NCBI GenBank assembly: GCA_963822965.1
Contig: CAWGJT010000005.1
Location: forward strand, 1,248,001-1,312,000
Length of the DNA: 64,000 nt
Direction of reading: 5' to 3'
Source: an uncultured delta proteobacterium
Lineage (GTDB): Bacteria > Myxococcota_A > UBA9160 > UBA4427
Under the pieces are notes generated by a model. It did no database searches. It had not been told where the DNA came from and saw nothing but the letters and a program-made list of their open reading frames with translations. Of this stretch, positions 28,623-38,939 are shown one piece after another. Every line of letters begins with the position of its first letter. The first letter of the stretch is position 1. Made by a program: the position numbers and the translations under genes.

Positions 28623-29984
28623 GTGAGAGGGCAGCTCTTCAAGTTGTGGGATCGCGTTCATTCCGGTTTCTGGTTCATTCCGGCGGTCATGGCCGGCGTG
28701 GCCGTGGCGTTGGCCTTCCTGAGCGTCACCGTGGACGAGCCGGTGACGAAGTGGTTGGCGCTCAAATTGGGCTGGACGTTCACCGGTGGAGCGGAAGGTG
28801 CGAGCGCCGTGCTGGGGATCGTTGCCGGATCGATGATCACCATCGCCGGCGTGGTCTTCTCGATGACGTTGGTCGCCCTTTCGCTAGCCTCTTCGCAGCT
28901 GGGACCCCGTCTGCTGCGCAGTTTCATGCGCGATTCCACCACACAGGTGGTCCTCGGCACGTTCATTGCCACCTTCCTGTACTGCCTGATCGTCCTCCGC
29001 ACGATCCGCCGCGCGAACGAGGTCACTTTCGTCCCGCACCTGTCGGTCACCCTCGGCGTTCTCCTCGCGGTGGCGAGCGTGGGGGTGTTCATCTACTTCA
29101 TCCATCACGTGTCTGTATCCATCCAGGCCAATGAGATTGCCGCGCGGATCGGCAAGGAATTGATCGAGAGAATCGATCTTCTTTTCCCGGAACAGATCGG
29201 GCGGGGAGCGCCACAGGTCCCGACGGAGCCACCCGACGCAGGCTTCTTCGAGGCGTTCGATCAAGAGGCTCGGCCGATCGGTGCGCACGGTGACGGCTAC
29301 GTCCAGTTCATCGACATGGAGGCCTTGCTTGCGCTGGCGTCGGAGGAGGACCTGATCGTTCGACTGGAGCGGGGGCCTGGAAGCTACGTCGTCGCCAGTT
29401 GTCCGCTTGTGCTGATCTGGCCGGGAAGCCGAGTGACCGACGGGCTCACGGACCAGGTCAATGCCCTCTTCGTCCTGGGCCACCAGCGGACTTCCGGCCA
29501 GGACATCGAGTTCGAGGTGAACCAGTTGGTGGAGATTGCGGTCCGGGCCCTCTCCCCTGGGATGAACGACCCGTTCACGGCGATCACGTGTGTGGACCAC
29601 TTGGGGTCCGCATTGTGTCGTTTGGCTTCACGAGACAGGCCGTCGCCTTATCGCCATGACCGCCAGAATCAGCTTCGGGTGATTGCGCCTGCCGATGCGT
29701 TCCCGGAGATCATGGACGCGGCGTTCAACCAGATCCGGCAATATGGCCGCTCCAGCGTCGCGGTAACCATCCGCCTGCTGGAAACGATCGCCGTGGTCGC
29801 GGGATTCGCGCATCGGCCGGAGGACCGCGCCACGCTCTTGCGACACGCTGAAATGATCGCCCGAGGAGCTGGTGAGGGGCTGCCCGAAGACCAGGACCGC
29901 CGGGCGGTGGATGAGCGCTGCCAAGCGGTAAGGAAGTTGTGCAGCGAACCGGCTCAGTCTCGCCGCAAGAACAGTGATGGATGA
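28623..29984 (+). CDS. DUF2254-family predicted membrane protein
   Basis: SLASSQLGPRLLRSF, EIAVRALSPGMNDPFTA; the extreme C-terminus overlaps the IS3 remnant. Confidence 0.88.
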   Translation: MRGQLFKLWDRVHSGFWFIPAVMAGVAVALAFLSVTVDEPVTKWLALKLGWTFTGGAEGASAVLGIVAGSMITIAGVVFSMTLVALSLASSQLGPRLLRSFMRDSTTQVVLGTFIATFLYCLIVLRTIRRANEVTFVPHLSVTLGVLLAVASVGVFIYFIHHVSVSIQANEIAARIGKELIERIDLLFPEQIGRGAPQVPTEPPDAGFFEAFDQEARPIGAHGDGYVQFIDMEALLALASEEDLIVRLERGPGSYVVASCPLVLIWPGSRVTDGLTDQVNALFVLGHQRTSGQDIEFEVNQLVEIAVRALSPGMNDPFTAITCVDHLGSALCRLASRDRPSPYRHDRQNQLRVIAPADAFPEIMDAAFNQIRQYGRSSVAVTIRLLETIAVVAGFAHRPEDRATLLRHAEMIARGAGEGLPEDQDRRAVDERCQAVRKLCSEPAQSRRKNSDG

Positions 29985-30392
29985 GGCCAGGCTGTGGCTC
30001 CGGGGTTGAGACCGCGCGATCGAAGGCTTCGAGGGCGGGCTGCTGTCGCGTATGACTTGCGGTGGCGTAGCCCACGACCTTGCGGGAGAAGAGGTCGAGC
30101 AGCACGGCCAGATAGAGCCAGCCTTTGCGCCCTCGGATGCGCGTGATCTCTGCGACCCAGACGCGATCCGGTGCCCCGCTGTGGAAGTGACCGTCAAGGC
30201 GCGGCGCACCGTAGGTCTCGCGGCTGGCCTCCTGCACCTCGCGGATGCGCTCGGCCAGCGCCTGGTCGTCTCGCTCGCGCCAGCTGGGCTGACGCTGGCA
30301 CCAGGCGTAGGAGCCACTGCGGGAGACCTTCCGCACTCGGCACATCATGCCTACTCGGAAGGTCTCCCGATGTGGACGAACCGGAACTTCAC
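29974..30392 (-). mobile_element. IS3-family transposase orfB remnant (orfA missing, internal deletion, 3' truncated)
   Basis: MCRVRKVSRSGSYAW, TYGAPRL joined directly to PDRVWVAEIT...GWLYLAVLLDLFSRKVVG...PGLIHH. Confidence 0.88.
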
Positions 30393-30393
30393 T

Positions 30394-30409
30394 GAGCATG
30401 GGACGAACA
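30394..30409 (+). repeat. Partial (left 16 bp) copy of the dif-like repeat
   Basis: GAGCATGGGACGAACA versus GAGCATCGGACGAACG at 41172; abuts the IS3 breakpoint. Confidence 0.5.
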
Positions 30410-30428
30410 CCGCTACCTGGGGAATCCG

Positions 30429-31076
30429 CTAGTCGGCAATTCCCGATCGGCGCCATCGCGGGAGTCTGCTCGCGGCGAAGAGCGCGAACGAGCCTGCGAG
30501 GACGCCGAGCCTCACACCGGGCTCCGGTACCTGCACGATCGTGGTCGGTGCGGGCTCTGGCACTGTCTGGAGCTGTGTCGTGACCGTCTCGCCAAAGGTG
30601 AGATCCAGCGTCGCGCCCGGAGTCGGCGCGTCGATCACCAGGTCGCCGATCTTGGTAGGCCCGAGGTCGCCGAACTCGTACTCGCCTCCGATGAAGTCGA
30701 GCTGGTTGCCGACGAGGTTGTATTGCACGCTCGCCGGTACCGGCGTGAAGGACTGCACGGTGACGCCCGTGCCGAGGAGCCGCATGCGGTAGCCGCAGGT
30801 CTCGTCGCCGTCACCCTGCCAGCAAGGATCGACGGTCGATGCGACACCGCCCGCGTCCAGGTAGAGATGAAGCGTGACGGGCCCTCCGGACGGCACCGTC
30901 GCCGGAACGCCGCCGCTCACGCCGTCGTCTCCCGGGCTGTGATAGAGGATCTGGGCGTCCGCTGGCTGGGAGGCCGGGAGCGAGAGCATGGCGCTCAGTG
31001 CGGCGATCCAGGTTGCGGCCCGGAAGGACCGTCTGGCGGGCATCTCGAGCGCGCGCGTGTCGATCGGGCCGTGCAT
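30429..31076 (-). CDS. Secreted PEP-CTERM protein
   Basis: Signal-like ...PASQPADA-Q; C-terminal QVPEPGVRLGVLAGSFALFAASRLPRWRR; start uncertain (31076 or 31043). Confidence 0.82.
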   Translation of the reverse strand: MHGPIDTRALEMPARRSFRAATWIAALSAMLSLPASQPADAQILYHSPGDDGVSGGVPATVPSGGPVTLHLYLDAGGVASTVDPCWQGDGDETCGYRMRLLGTGVTVQSFTPVPASVQYNLVGNQLDFIGGEYEFGDLGPTKIGDLVIDAPTPGATLDLTFGETVTTQLQTVPEPAPTTIVQVPEPGVRLGVLAGSFALFAASRLPRWRRSGIAD

Positions 31077-31191
31077 CCGCAGGTCCCCTGTCGAGCTCCC
31101 ACTCATCATAACCCCGTACGATGGGTGCTTTACAGTCGAAACTGTCGGCGCGTATGATAGGCGGGCAGAGGGAGACCAAGGAGGCACCGGC

Positions 31192-32709
31192 ATGCCCATG
31201 GTCGATCGTGGTCGTTCTCACGGCGCCCGATTCGTCGCCGCACTGGGCCTGATCCTGGGCGTCGCGCTCGTGGCCGCGCCGGTCGCGGGCGACTTCGTCC
31301 CTGGCGACGTCAACGACGACGGCAGCTTCGATACCGCCGATGCCGTCGTGCTCGAGCGCGACCTGATCGGCCTGGGCCCGGGCGTCAGCCAGACCTGCCC
31401 GTTCCAGCCGAACGCCACCGGCCAGATCACGTGCTGGAATTCGAGTGGAAGCGTCATCCCGTGCACGGCGACGGGCCACGACGGCGACATCCGAGCCGGA
31501 GAGCCGGCAGCCTACCAGGACAACGGCGACGGCACGGTCACCGATCTCCGTACCAGCCTGATGTGGGAGAAACTCTCGGACGACGGCAGCGTGCACGACG
31601 TGGATGACAGCCACAGCTGGGACGGCGCCTTCGCTGCAAAGGTGGCCCTGCTGAACGCCACTTCCTTCGCGGGATACGACGATTGGCGCGTGCCGAACGT
31701 GAAGGAGCTGTTCGGCATCCTCGATCTCCAGACCTTCGACCCGGCGGTCGCTCCGTCCTTCGATACCGCCTGCGTGCCCAGCTGCGGCGTCACGGCTTGC
31801 AGCTGCACCGCCTTCACCGGGGGCTCGGAGTACTGGTCGTCGACCTCCGACGCCAGCGCACCCGCCAACGCCTGGGTGGTCGAATTCGCGCGGGGCGACG
31901 TGGCCTCGATTCTGAAGACCGGGAACGCGAAGGTGCGAGCGGTGCGTGGACCGGGCGACGGGCTCAGCTGCACGAACGGCAACATGCGTCTTTGCGGCGT
32001 CGCCATCGGCGAGTGCTCGACTGGAACCGAGACCTGCGTCGACGAAGCATGGAGCGGCGTGTGCGTGGGAGAGGCGCCTCCCGGGCTCGAGGTGTGCGAC
32101 GGGCTGGACAACGACTGCAACTCGGTGGTGGACGACCCCAGCTCACCGGATCTCTGCCCCCCTGCGCCGAACGTGGCGTCCGCTACGTGTGCAGCAGCGA
32201 CCTGCCAGGTGGTGTCCTGTGATTCCACCTGGCACGACCTGAACGGTGTCCATGCCGATGGCTGCGAGTGCCAGGAGGACAGCAACGACCAGGGCGGCCT
32301 CGGAGCCGCCTGCAACGGCGCGGTCGATCTGGGCTCGCTGCCGGACGACGGCACCACCGTCATCCAGGTGACCGGCAATTTCGTGCCATCCGGGGACAGC
32401 GATTGGTACCGCGTGGTCATGCTCGACACGAACGACACGCAACACATGGTGATCCAGTTCGCCAGCAACCCGGGCAATCAGTTCCGAATTGCGACCCTAT
32501 TCGCCGGCATCTGCGGGGGCACCGACGTCTGCTCCGGACTCACCCCTTTGCAGTTCGTCTACGAGGGCTTCCAGGGGCAGAACGACTCCAGGACCTTCTA
32601 TATCCAGGTCATCCGGGATCCAGCCGCGCCTCCGACCTGCATCGAATACACGCTCGAGATCCGGAGCGAGGCGCCGATCGGCTCGTTCGTCTCGCAGTGC
32701 AACGGTTGA
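31192..32709 (+). CDS. Secreted Cys-rich protein: dockerin-like motif + DUF1566 (Lcl) + EVCDGLDNDC metal-binding repeat
   Basis: GDVNDDGSFDTAD; DNGDGTVTDLRTSLMWEK...DWRVPNVKEL...YWSST...VRAVR; EVCDGLDNDCN. Confidence 0.85.
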   Translation: MPMVDRGRSHGARFVAALGLILGVALVAAPVAGDFVPGDVNDDGSFDTADAVVLERDLIGLGPGVSQTCPFQPNATGQITCWNSSGSVIPCTATGHDGDIRAGEPAAYQDNGDGTVTDLRTSLMWEKLSDDGSVHDVDDSHSWDGAFAAKVALLNATSFAGYDDWRVPNVKELFGILDLQTFDPAVAPSFDTACVPSCGVTACSCTAFTGGSEYWSSTSDASAPANAWVVEFARGDVASILKTGNAKVRAVRGPGDGLSCTNGNMRLCGVAIGECSTGTETCVDEAWSGVCVGEAPPGLEVCDGLDNDCNSVVDDPSSPDLCPPAPNVASATCAAATCQVVSCDSTWHDLNGVHADGCECQEDSNDQGGLGAACNGAVDLGSLPDDGTTVIQVTGNFVPSGDSDWYRVVMLDTNDTQHMVIQFASNPGNQFRIATLFAGICGGTDVCSGLTPLQFVYEGFQGQNDSRTFYIQVIRDPAAPPTCIEYTLEIRSEAPIGSFVSQCNG

Positions 32710-32756
32710 GCCAGAGCGTGGAGGATGCGCCTCGACCCCGCGGCGACGCCGCGGAC

Positions 32757-34115
32757 CTACCCGTCCAGGTCGAGCAGGTCTCGCAGATCCGCGTGCGAGG
32801 CGACGACGAAGTCGGCGTCGGCCAGGGGCGACGTATCGTCATAGCGGGCCCGGATGCGAACCGAGCGCATCGCGAGGCTGCGGGCACCCGCCACGTCGGC
32901 GTGGCGCAGATGGCCCACGTGGAGGGCGCGTTCCGGGCTCACCCCGAGCGGCTCGAGGGCGACGCGAAACATCTGCGGATCGGGCTTGGGGACGCCGACT
33001 TCGTCCGAAAAGGCCTGGACGGCGAGATGCTCGATGAGCCCGAGGCGATCGAGATGCTCGCGCACCACACGGCCCGGCGTCAGCCCGGTGTCGCACACGA
33101 GCGCGCAGGGGATCCCGGCCGCACGCAGCGCTTCTAGCGTTTCCAGAGCACCCTCGAGCGCCACCACCTCGCCGGTGTGCGACGCCTCTTCGAACGCGGT
33201 GACGAGCGAATCGAGCGCCTGCTCGTCTCCTTCGAGTTCGAGCACCGCGAGGCTCCATTGGGCGACCTCGCGAGCACCGCTCGCCTCGCCCGCGCGCCAC
33301 AGCTGCATGTGTCGGTTCCAGGCCGAATCGAAAGCGCGCGTCGCCTCTTCTGGCGAGACCGGGCGTCCCGCCTGCTCGGCGGCTTCCCGCAGCCGGGCGA
33401 CTCGCAGCGCGTGGGCGAGTTCCCAGTTTTCTTCGCAGATGAGGGTGTTCCAGCAGTCGAAGGTGACGGATTCTGGCATCGCGATCTGCTCGCGGCGCGT
33501 CCGCACGAGTGCCGCGACTTCTTCGAGAACCTCGTCGCCGGGTTCGTCGGTGGCGACGACCCGGTATTCGTCTTCCGGTAGCTCCACCACAGGTTCGGAT
33601 CGCCGCGCGAGATCGTCGGCCACGATCTGCCAGAAGGGCTCCTCGACTTCGGCGTCGCGCGCGGCGAGCCGCTCGCGCAGCGCGGCTTGCGACGCGCGAC
33701 ACTCGACGAATAGAAAAGGTGCGCCGTGCGTGACCGCCATCGCACGCGCGCCTTCGCGCTCGCGTGCCAGCGAGAAGCAGCCATCCACGACCACCGAATG
33801 CCCGTCCGCGAGGCCGCGCTCGGCGCGTCGCAGGAGTTCCGCGTACACCTCGTCCTCGAATCTGCGGGAGAAGGTGTCGAGCCCGGCCAGTGGCATCTCG
33901 TTTCGAACTTCGTCGGATCCGAAGTGAGCGGCTCCGAGCAGGGGCGCGAGCCGCGCTGCGACGGTGCTCTTGCCGGAGGCCACACCCCCGCCGACTGCGA
34001 CCAGCACGAGCGGGCTACGCCGCAGCCGGAGCGCAGGCGAGGTGTTGGGGCCGAGGTTGGAGTCGGAGTTGGGATCCGAGTTGGGATTCCGGTCGGAGGC
34101 TCTGGTGGGGGACAC
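32757..34115 (-). CDS. P-loop kinase (AAA_33-like) fused to HAD-family hydrolase
   Basis: GGGVASGKSTVA, VVVDGCF; second domain TFDCWNTL, KPDP, HVGH...DVAGA; start uncertain. Confidence 0.8.
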   Translation of the reverse strand: MSPTRASDRNPNSDPNSDSNLGPNTSPALRLRRSPLVLVAVGGGVASGKSTVAARLAPLLGAAHFGSDEVRNEMPLAGLDTFSRRFEDEVYAELLRRAERGLADGHSVVVDGCFSLAREREGARAMAVTHGAPFLFVECRASQAALRERLAARDAEVEEPFWQIVADDLARRSEPVVELPEDEYRVVATDEPGDEVLEEVAALVRTRREQIAMPESVTFDCWNTLICEENWELAHALRVARLREAAEQAGRPVSPEEATRAFDSAWNRHMQLWRAGEASGAREVAQWSLAVLELEGDEQALDSLVTAFEEASHTGEVVALEGALETLEALRAAGIPCALVCDTGLTPGRVVREHLDRLGLIEHLAVQAFSDEVGVPKPDPQMFRVALEPLGVSPERALHVGHLRHADVAGARSLAMRSVRIRARYDDTSPLADADFVVASHADLRDLLDLDG

Positions 34116-34299
34116 GCCCGCAGCGTAGCGCCCCGGGCGCGAACGGCCCGGCGGCGTACCGCGCAGGTTGCGGCTCTCACTGTTTGCAGTCCCGGGGTTC
34201 TCCCAGGGAATCGTTCGATTCGAGAGACGTTCTCCTGGGATCCGTGGATTTCGTCCCGAATCCTTGGCGCGTAGGGTACCGGCCTGCATCGCGAGGAAC

Positions 34300-34417
34300 C
34301 GTCGGTGTGGCAATCGACCGTCGCGGCGCGCTGCTCGTGGCCGATGATGTCGGCAATACGATCTGGCGCGTGAGCGGGCCCCGCGGCGGGGGCCACGGGC
34401 GGAATGCCGAGGAGTAA
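34300..34417 (+). pseudogene. C-terminal remnant of a sorbosone/PQQ sugar dehydrogenase-family gene
   Basis: VGVAIDRRGALLVADDVGNTIWRVS then stop, with no upstream body. Confidence 0.7.
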
Positions 34418-34635
34418 GGAGCGTTCCGATGTGGTGGCGACCGGACGACCGCCGCCCTGGTCGGCGCAGTGGTCTTCGCGGCCTATCACCTACCCGTGAC
34501 CCCGTACGCGCCCGGTCTGGCCGCGAAGCTGTCGTTCGGGTTGGTGCTGAGCGCGCTGCGCCAGCCCACCGATTCGCTCGTGCCCCTGCGCTCGCCCATT
34601 TCGGCTTCTGGCACGTGATGGGCTCGCAGCGCCGT

Positions 34636-35898
34636 TCAGTGCGCGGCGCGGTGGCGGGTGGGCGTCCGCATCAACGTGCCCCGCACCACGTGTCCGATCG
34701 TGAGTCCCTGCACCAGGATCGAGAACACCACCACGCAATAGGTCAGCGCGAGCACGATGTCGCGCTGCGTGCCGGCGGGCAGAGACAGCGACAGCGCGAC
34801 CGAGATGCCTCCGCGCAACCCACCCCAGGTGAGCACGCGCCACGCCCCATCGGGCAGCCCGAAGTGTCGACCGAATGCCGCGGTCGGCAGCCCGACCGAA
34901 AGCGAGCGCGCGAGCAGCGTCACGCCGACCGCGACCACGGCGGCCGTCAACACCGGCGGCGAGAACCTGACCAGCAGCACCTCCATCCCGATCAGCAAGA
35001 ACAGCACCGCATTGAGGATGCCGTCGATCAGCTCCCAGAACATGTCCACGTAGCGCCGCGTCGTGTCCGACATGGCGCGCTCGCGGCCATGGTTGCCGAT
35101 CACCAAGCCGCAGATCACCATCGCGAGCGGGCCCGAGATGTGCAAGTGGCTCGCCAGCGCGTAGCCGCCGGTCACTGCTGCCAGCGTCAGCAGCACTTCG
35201 ACCTGGTACTCGTCGATGCTCTTGAGCATTGCGTAGGTCGCGTACCCGAGCACCAACCCGAACACGATGCCGCCGGCCGCCTCGCGCGCCAGCAGCGCGA
35301 GCACCGAGCCCGCCGTCGGAGGCCCGGCGCTCGAGAGCATCGCGGCCAGCGAGGCGAACACGACCACGCCAACGCCGTCGTTGAACAGCGACTCGCCGGC
35401 GATCACGAGCTCCACGTCCGGCGACGCGCCGGCCGACTTCAAGATGCTCATCACCGCGATCGGATCGGTCGGCGAGATCAACGCGCCGAACAACAGGCAG
35501 TACAACGGGCTCAGCTCGAGGCCGGTGACCGGCGCGGCCAGCCACAGGCCGACGCCCACGAGCCCGGTGGACAGCAGCGTGCCGAACAGCGCGAGCGCCA
35601 GCACCGGCCAGCGCTGAGCTCTCAGCGCGCTGAAGTCCACGTGCAGGGCGGCGGCGAACAACAACAGCGACAACATCCCCTGCATCAACAGGTCGGAGAA
35701 GTCGATCGATCTCAGCAGGGACTCCTCGTAGCTACGCAACGCGTGGGCCCAACCCGCGGCGTCGAGCGCGATGAACGCGAGCGAGAGCGCGAGCGCGATC
35801 ACCATCACTCCAATCGTCGTCGGCAGGCGCACGAAGCGATGGTTCAGGAAGGACAATACGGCCGTGATGGCGAGGCAGGTGGCGGCGACGTCGAACAT
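34636..35898 (-). CDS. nhaP: CPA1 Na+/H+ antiporter (NhaP-like)
   Basis: FGALISPTDP, GESLFNDG, WGGLRG. Confidence 0.9.
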   Translation of the reverse strand: MFDVAATCLAITAVLSFLNHRFVRLPTTIGVMVIALALSLAFIALDAAGWAHALRSYEESLLRSIDFSDLLMQGMLSLLLFAAALHVDFSALRAQRWPVLALALFGTLLSTGLVGVGLWLAAPVTGLELSPLYCLLFGALISPTDPIAVMSILKSAGASPDVELVIAGESLFNDGVGVVVFASLAAMLSSAGPPTAGSVLALLAREAAGGIVFGLVLGYATYAMLKSIDEYQVEVLLTLAAVTGGYALASHLHISGPLAMVICGLVIGNHGRERAMSDTTRRYVDMFWELIDGILNAVLFLLIGMEVLLVRFSPPVLTAAVVAVGVTLLARSLSVGLPTAAFGRHFGLPDGAWRVLTWGGLRGGISVALSLSLPAGTQRDIVLALTYCVVVFSILVQGLTIGHVVRGTLMRTPTRHRAAH

Positions 35899-36240
35899 GG
35901 TCGGGGAGGTTGACGAACTCGGCCCGCTCACACAACAACGCGACGCGTAGGGCGGTCGGAACGCACTCACGCCTATGCGCTCAGCGCCCTGGTGCTCGGC
36001 GCGGTGCTCTCGCCGCTGTGGTTCGACCCGAAGGACCGGTGCCGGGGCAGCTTTCGGCTCTCGACCTACCCTTTGCAACTACGCGCGAGGTGGCGCTGGT
36101 GCGCAACACGATCGACTCGGTCGACTACCTCCTTGCCAATCCGGCAAGACTATCGGCTGCGTGAAGTTGATTGAAGGCGAAGTCATTTGTGTCTCGAAAG
36201 TTCAAGGGTTCAGCCTCCACAACGTGCCGTTCAAAACTGC

Positions 36241-36838
36241 CAAGCAGATCGTCCTCTACAAGATGCCCGTGGAAGAGATCGTCAAGTGAGTGGCGCTGCC
36301 GGGCGTCGTGGCGGCGAGCGACGGCATGCCGGTGGTGCCCGGCGGCTGGGACCAGCTGCCGTGGGACACGCCCTATGAGGACCTGCCCAATACTCATCCC
36401 CGCGTCGCCGGTACGCACGGCAAGAGCCTCCGCATCGCACGCGAGAACGAGATCCCGCTGATGCACGTGCTGGCGACGTTCAGCTACAACCCGGCGCGCT
36501 ACCTCGGTGAAACGGGGCTTGCGGCCATGCGGGAACGCGGACGCCTGCAGAGGGGGATGCTCGCGGACGTCACGATCTTCGATCCGCAGACGGTCACCGA
36601 CAACGCGACCTATCTGCATGGAACGCGGCCGACGACGGGGATTCCCTTCGTCGTCGTTCATGGTGAGATCGTGGTGCGGGACTCGAAGGTCGCCCCGGAC
36701 GTCTTTCCGGGTCAGCCGATCCGATTCCCGGTGGCGGAGAAGGGGCGCTACGAGCCCATCAGCAAGGGAGGCTGGGAGGCCGAGTACCTGGTGACGCCGG
36801 TCGGCTTCTACGGACTGGACATGCTCGAAGAGAATTAG
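36241..36838 (+). pseudogene. C-terminal fragment of an N-acyl-D-amino-acid deacylase (amidohydrolase)
   Basis: ASDGMP, HPRVAGTHG, RGRLQRGMLADVTIFDP...VTDNATY; N-terminus missing; TGA at 36287. Confidence 0.8.
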
Positions 36839-36839
36839 G

Positions 36840-37650
36840 GGCGTTCCCAAGCAGCCCGGCGTGGCGCTTGATCACGTAGCGCATCAGGTAGGGGGCCATC
36901 AGGCCTAGCACGCCCGATCCGGCGCGCTGGCAGAACAGGACAGTGAGCAGAAGGCGCGCGTGCGGATTCGCGAGCACGTCCTTCATGGCGCGGAAGGAGC
37001 TGGTCGCACCCCGACCCTGGCACTCCTTCCGCTCGCGCAGGCGAACGGTCGGAATCAGGAGGACGAGGGGCAGCGCAGCCGACACGCCGAAGGCGAGCCG
37101 CGACGCCGCGACGCCGCGAGCCGCGAGCCGCGAGTCCGCCGCGTTCATCACGACCTGCATCGCGCCGAACGCCATCAGCATGCCGAAGATGAAGACCGCC
37201 GAGTTCGCACCGAAGATGCGACTCCGCTCGTGGTAGTCCGTCGTGAGCTCCGCACCGAGAGCCGCATGGGGCACCGAGTACATCGTGAACGCCGTATAGA
37301 ACGTGAAGAGTGCGACGGCGAGCCACGCGTACATGGCCGAAGGGGCGAACGACGGCGGACTCCAGATCATCACGAGGCTCGCCATCAGGAGCGGGATGGC
37401 CGCGAGCATCCACGGCCGCCGACGGCCCAGTCCCGTGGGCGTGCGATCACTCAGGGTGCCTATGATCGGATCGGAGACCGCGTCCCAGACCCGACCCGCC
37501 GCAAAGAGGAGCCCGACGGAGAGCGGCGCGAGCAGCAGCACGTCGGTCGCGAAGTTCGAGAAGTAGAACTGCACGATGAAGAGCAAGCTCGAGAATCCGG
37601 CCACCGGCGGCGAATAGGCGAGCAGCACGCCGGCCGGGAAGCGGCCGCGG
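36840..37650 (-). pseudogene. GPH-family MFS sugar:cation symporter fragment (both ends lost)
   Basis: RVWDAVSDPIIGTLSDRT...GRRRPW, ALGAELTTDYHERSRI; about 270 codons; 5' end abuts repeat copy 1. Confidence 0.82.
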
Positions 37651-37717
37651 GAGCATAGGACGGACAAGCCCGGTTTCGGGGTGACGTCCGAGTAGGGGCG
37701 TTGTGTCAATCCCCTGT
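37651..37717 (+). repeat. dif-like 67-bp repeat, copy 1
   Basis: GAGCATAGGACGGACAAGCCCGGTTTCGGGGTG-ACGTCCGAGTA-GGGGCG-TTGTGTCAATC-CCCTGT. Confidence 0.9.
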
Positions 37718-37785
37718 GGGTGGCCCGGCGGCGGGAGCACCGGCCCGGCGGAGGCAGTTGAACACTCGTCGCCGTCCCGCGATCC

Positions 37786-38538
37786 CTACAGCGGTGCTCC
37801 GGCTTTGGCGAAGCAGGCGATGATGTCGGCGCTCTCCAGCAGCGGCTTTCCGTCCGCGACCAGGCAGGGGGCCTGCGCGCCGCCTGAGATCTGCTCGAGC
37901 TGCTTCATCGCCGCCGGGTCCTCGCTCACGTTGCGGACCTCGACGCCGTCGAGATGGCAGTTGCTCCAGGCGCTCAGTGCGGCGCGCGAGGCGCCGCAGT
38001 TGTTACGCACGTAGAGCACCGCCCCCTTGGCCAGTCCGCTGGGTGCTGGGATCTCTTCGGTGCTTCCCTTGCATTCGCGATCGATGCGCTCGCACTCCGC
38101 CGCGAGGGCCGCGATGTCGCGCCGGCCGTCGGGCCCCACCGATTCTGCGAAGCGCACGACTCCATCGCTGTCGATGATGATGGTGGCGCGGTCGGTGATG
38201 CCGGGGCCGTCCAGGTAGACGCCCAGGGAGATCGCGGCGGCCCCTTTGGGCTGAAAGTCCGCGAGCAACGGGAAGGAGATGCCGCCGAGGCTATGGGCCC
38301 AATTGGCATGGGAGTAGACGCTGTCGACACTGACACCCAGAACCTGGGTGTGGGCGGCGCGGAAACGGGGCAGCAGGGCCTCCGCCTCCGGCACCTCCTG
38401 GCTTCAGGTGGGGGTCCAGTCCAGTGGATAGAAGAGCAACAGCACGTGCCGCTTGCCGCGGAAATTCTCCAGCGCAACCGTCCTCCCGAGGTGGTCCTTG
38501 AGCTCGATGGCGGGGACTCTCTCTCCTACGGAAATCAT
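37786..38538 (-). CDS. Peroxiredoxin (AhpC/TSA)-glutaredoxin-like fusion, probable selenoprotein (in-frame TGA at 38404-38406)
   Basis: FYPLDWTPT[TGA]SQEVP: the TGA sits at the PxxxTxxC peroxidatic position and the frame continues to GVSVDS...PLLADF and a CGAS Grx-like domain. Confidence 0.8.
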
Positions 38539-38939
38539 GGCAAACCTCGCATTCCAATCGCTGGTCCGAAAATTCTCGCCGCTCCTGAAAGATTCTGCAA
38601 GGGGCGAAGCCCGCAGACCCGCTCGAAATCGAGTGGAGCTGGAGGACCTCGAGGATGGCTTTGATGCTCGACGACACGCGGCCATCGAAGCCGCCCTTGC
38701 GCCCATCGTCGTCTCTCGAGGGCTCCCGGACGCCCGCGCGGAGTCGCACACACCCGATTGCGGGCGCTCCAGAATTGTTCTGGGTGCGGGCTCGAGCCGA
38801 CGGCGACCAGACCGCGGCTGCGGGTCGCAAGTCGACCTGGTGCGACTGAAACGACGACCTATCGTCAGACTGCGGTCGTGCAGAGAGGGGAAGCAGCGAT
38901 TCGACGCGTAGCTCAAGCGAGCAGTCTCGAGGAGAAGTG

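Noticed and set aside
34201..34250. Imperfect inverted repeat TCCCAGGGAA...TTCTCCTGGGA
   Set aside because: Single copy with no U-tract or other support; function cannot be assigned.
36287..36289. In-frame TGA as selenocysteine
   Set aside because: The context (EEIVK*VALPG) fits Trp TGG>TGA in an already truncated deacylase, not a catalytic Cys.
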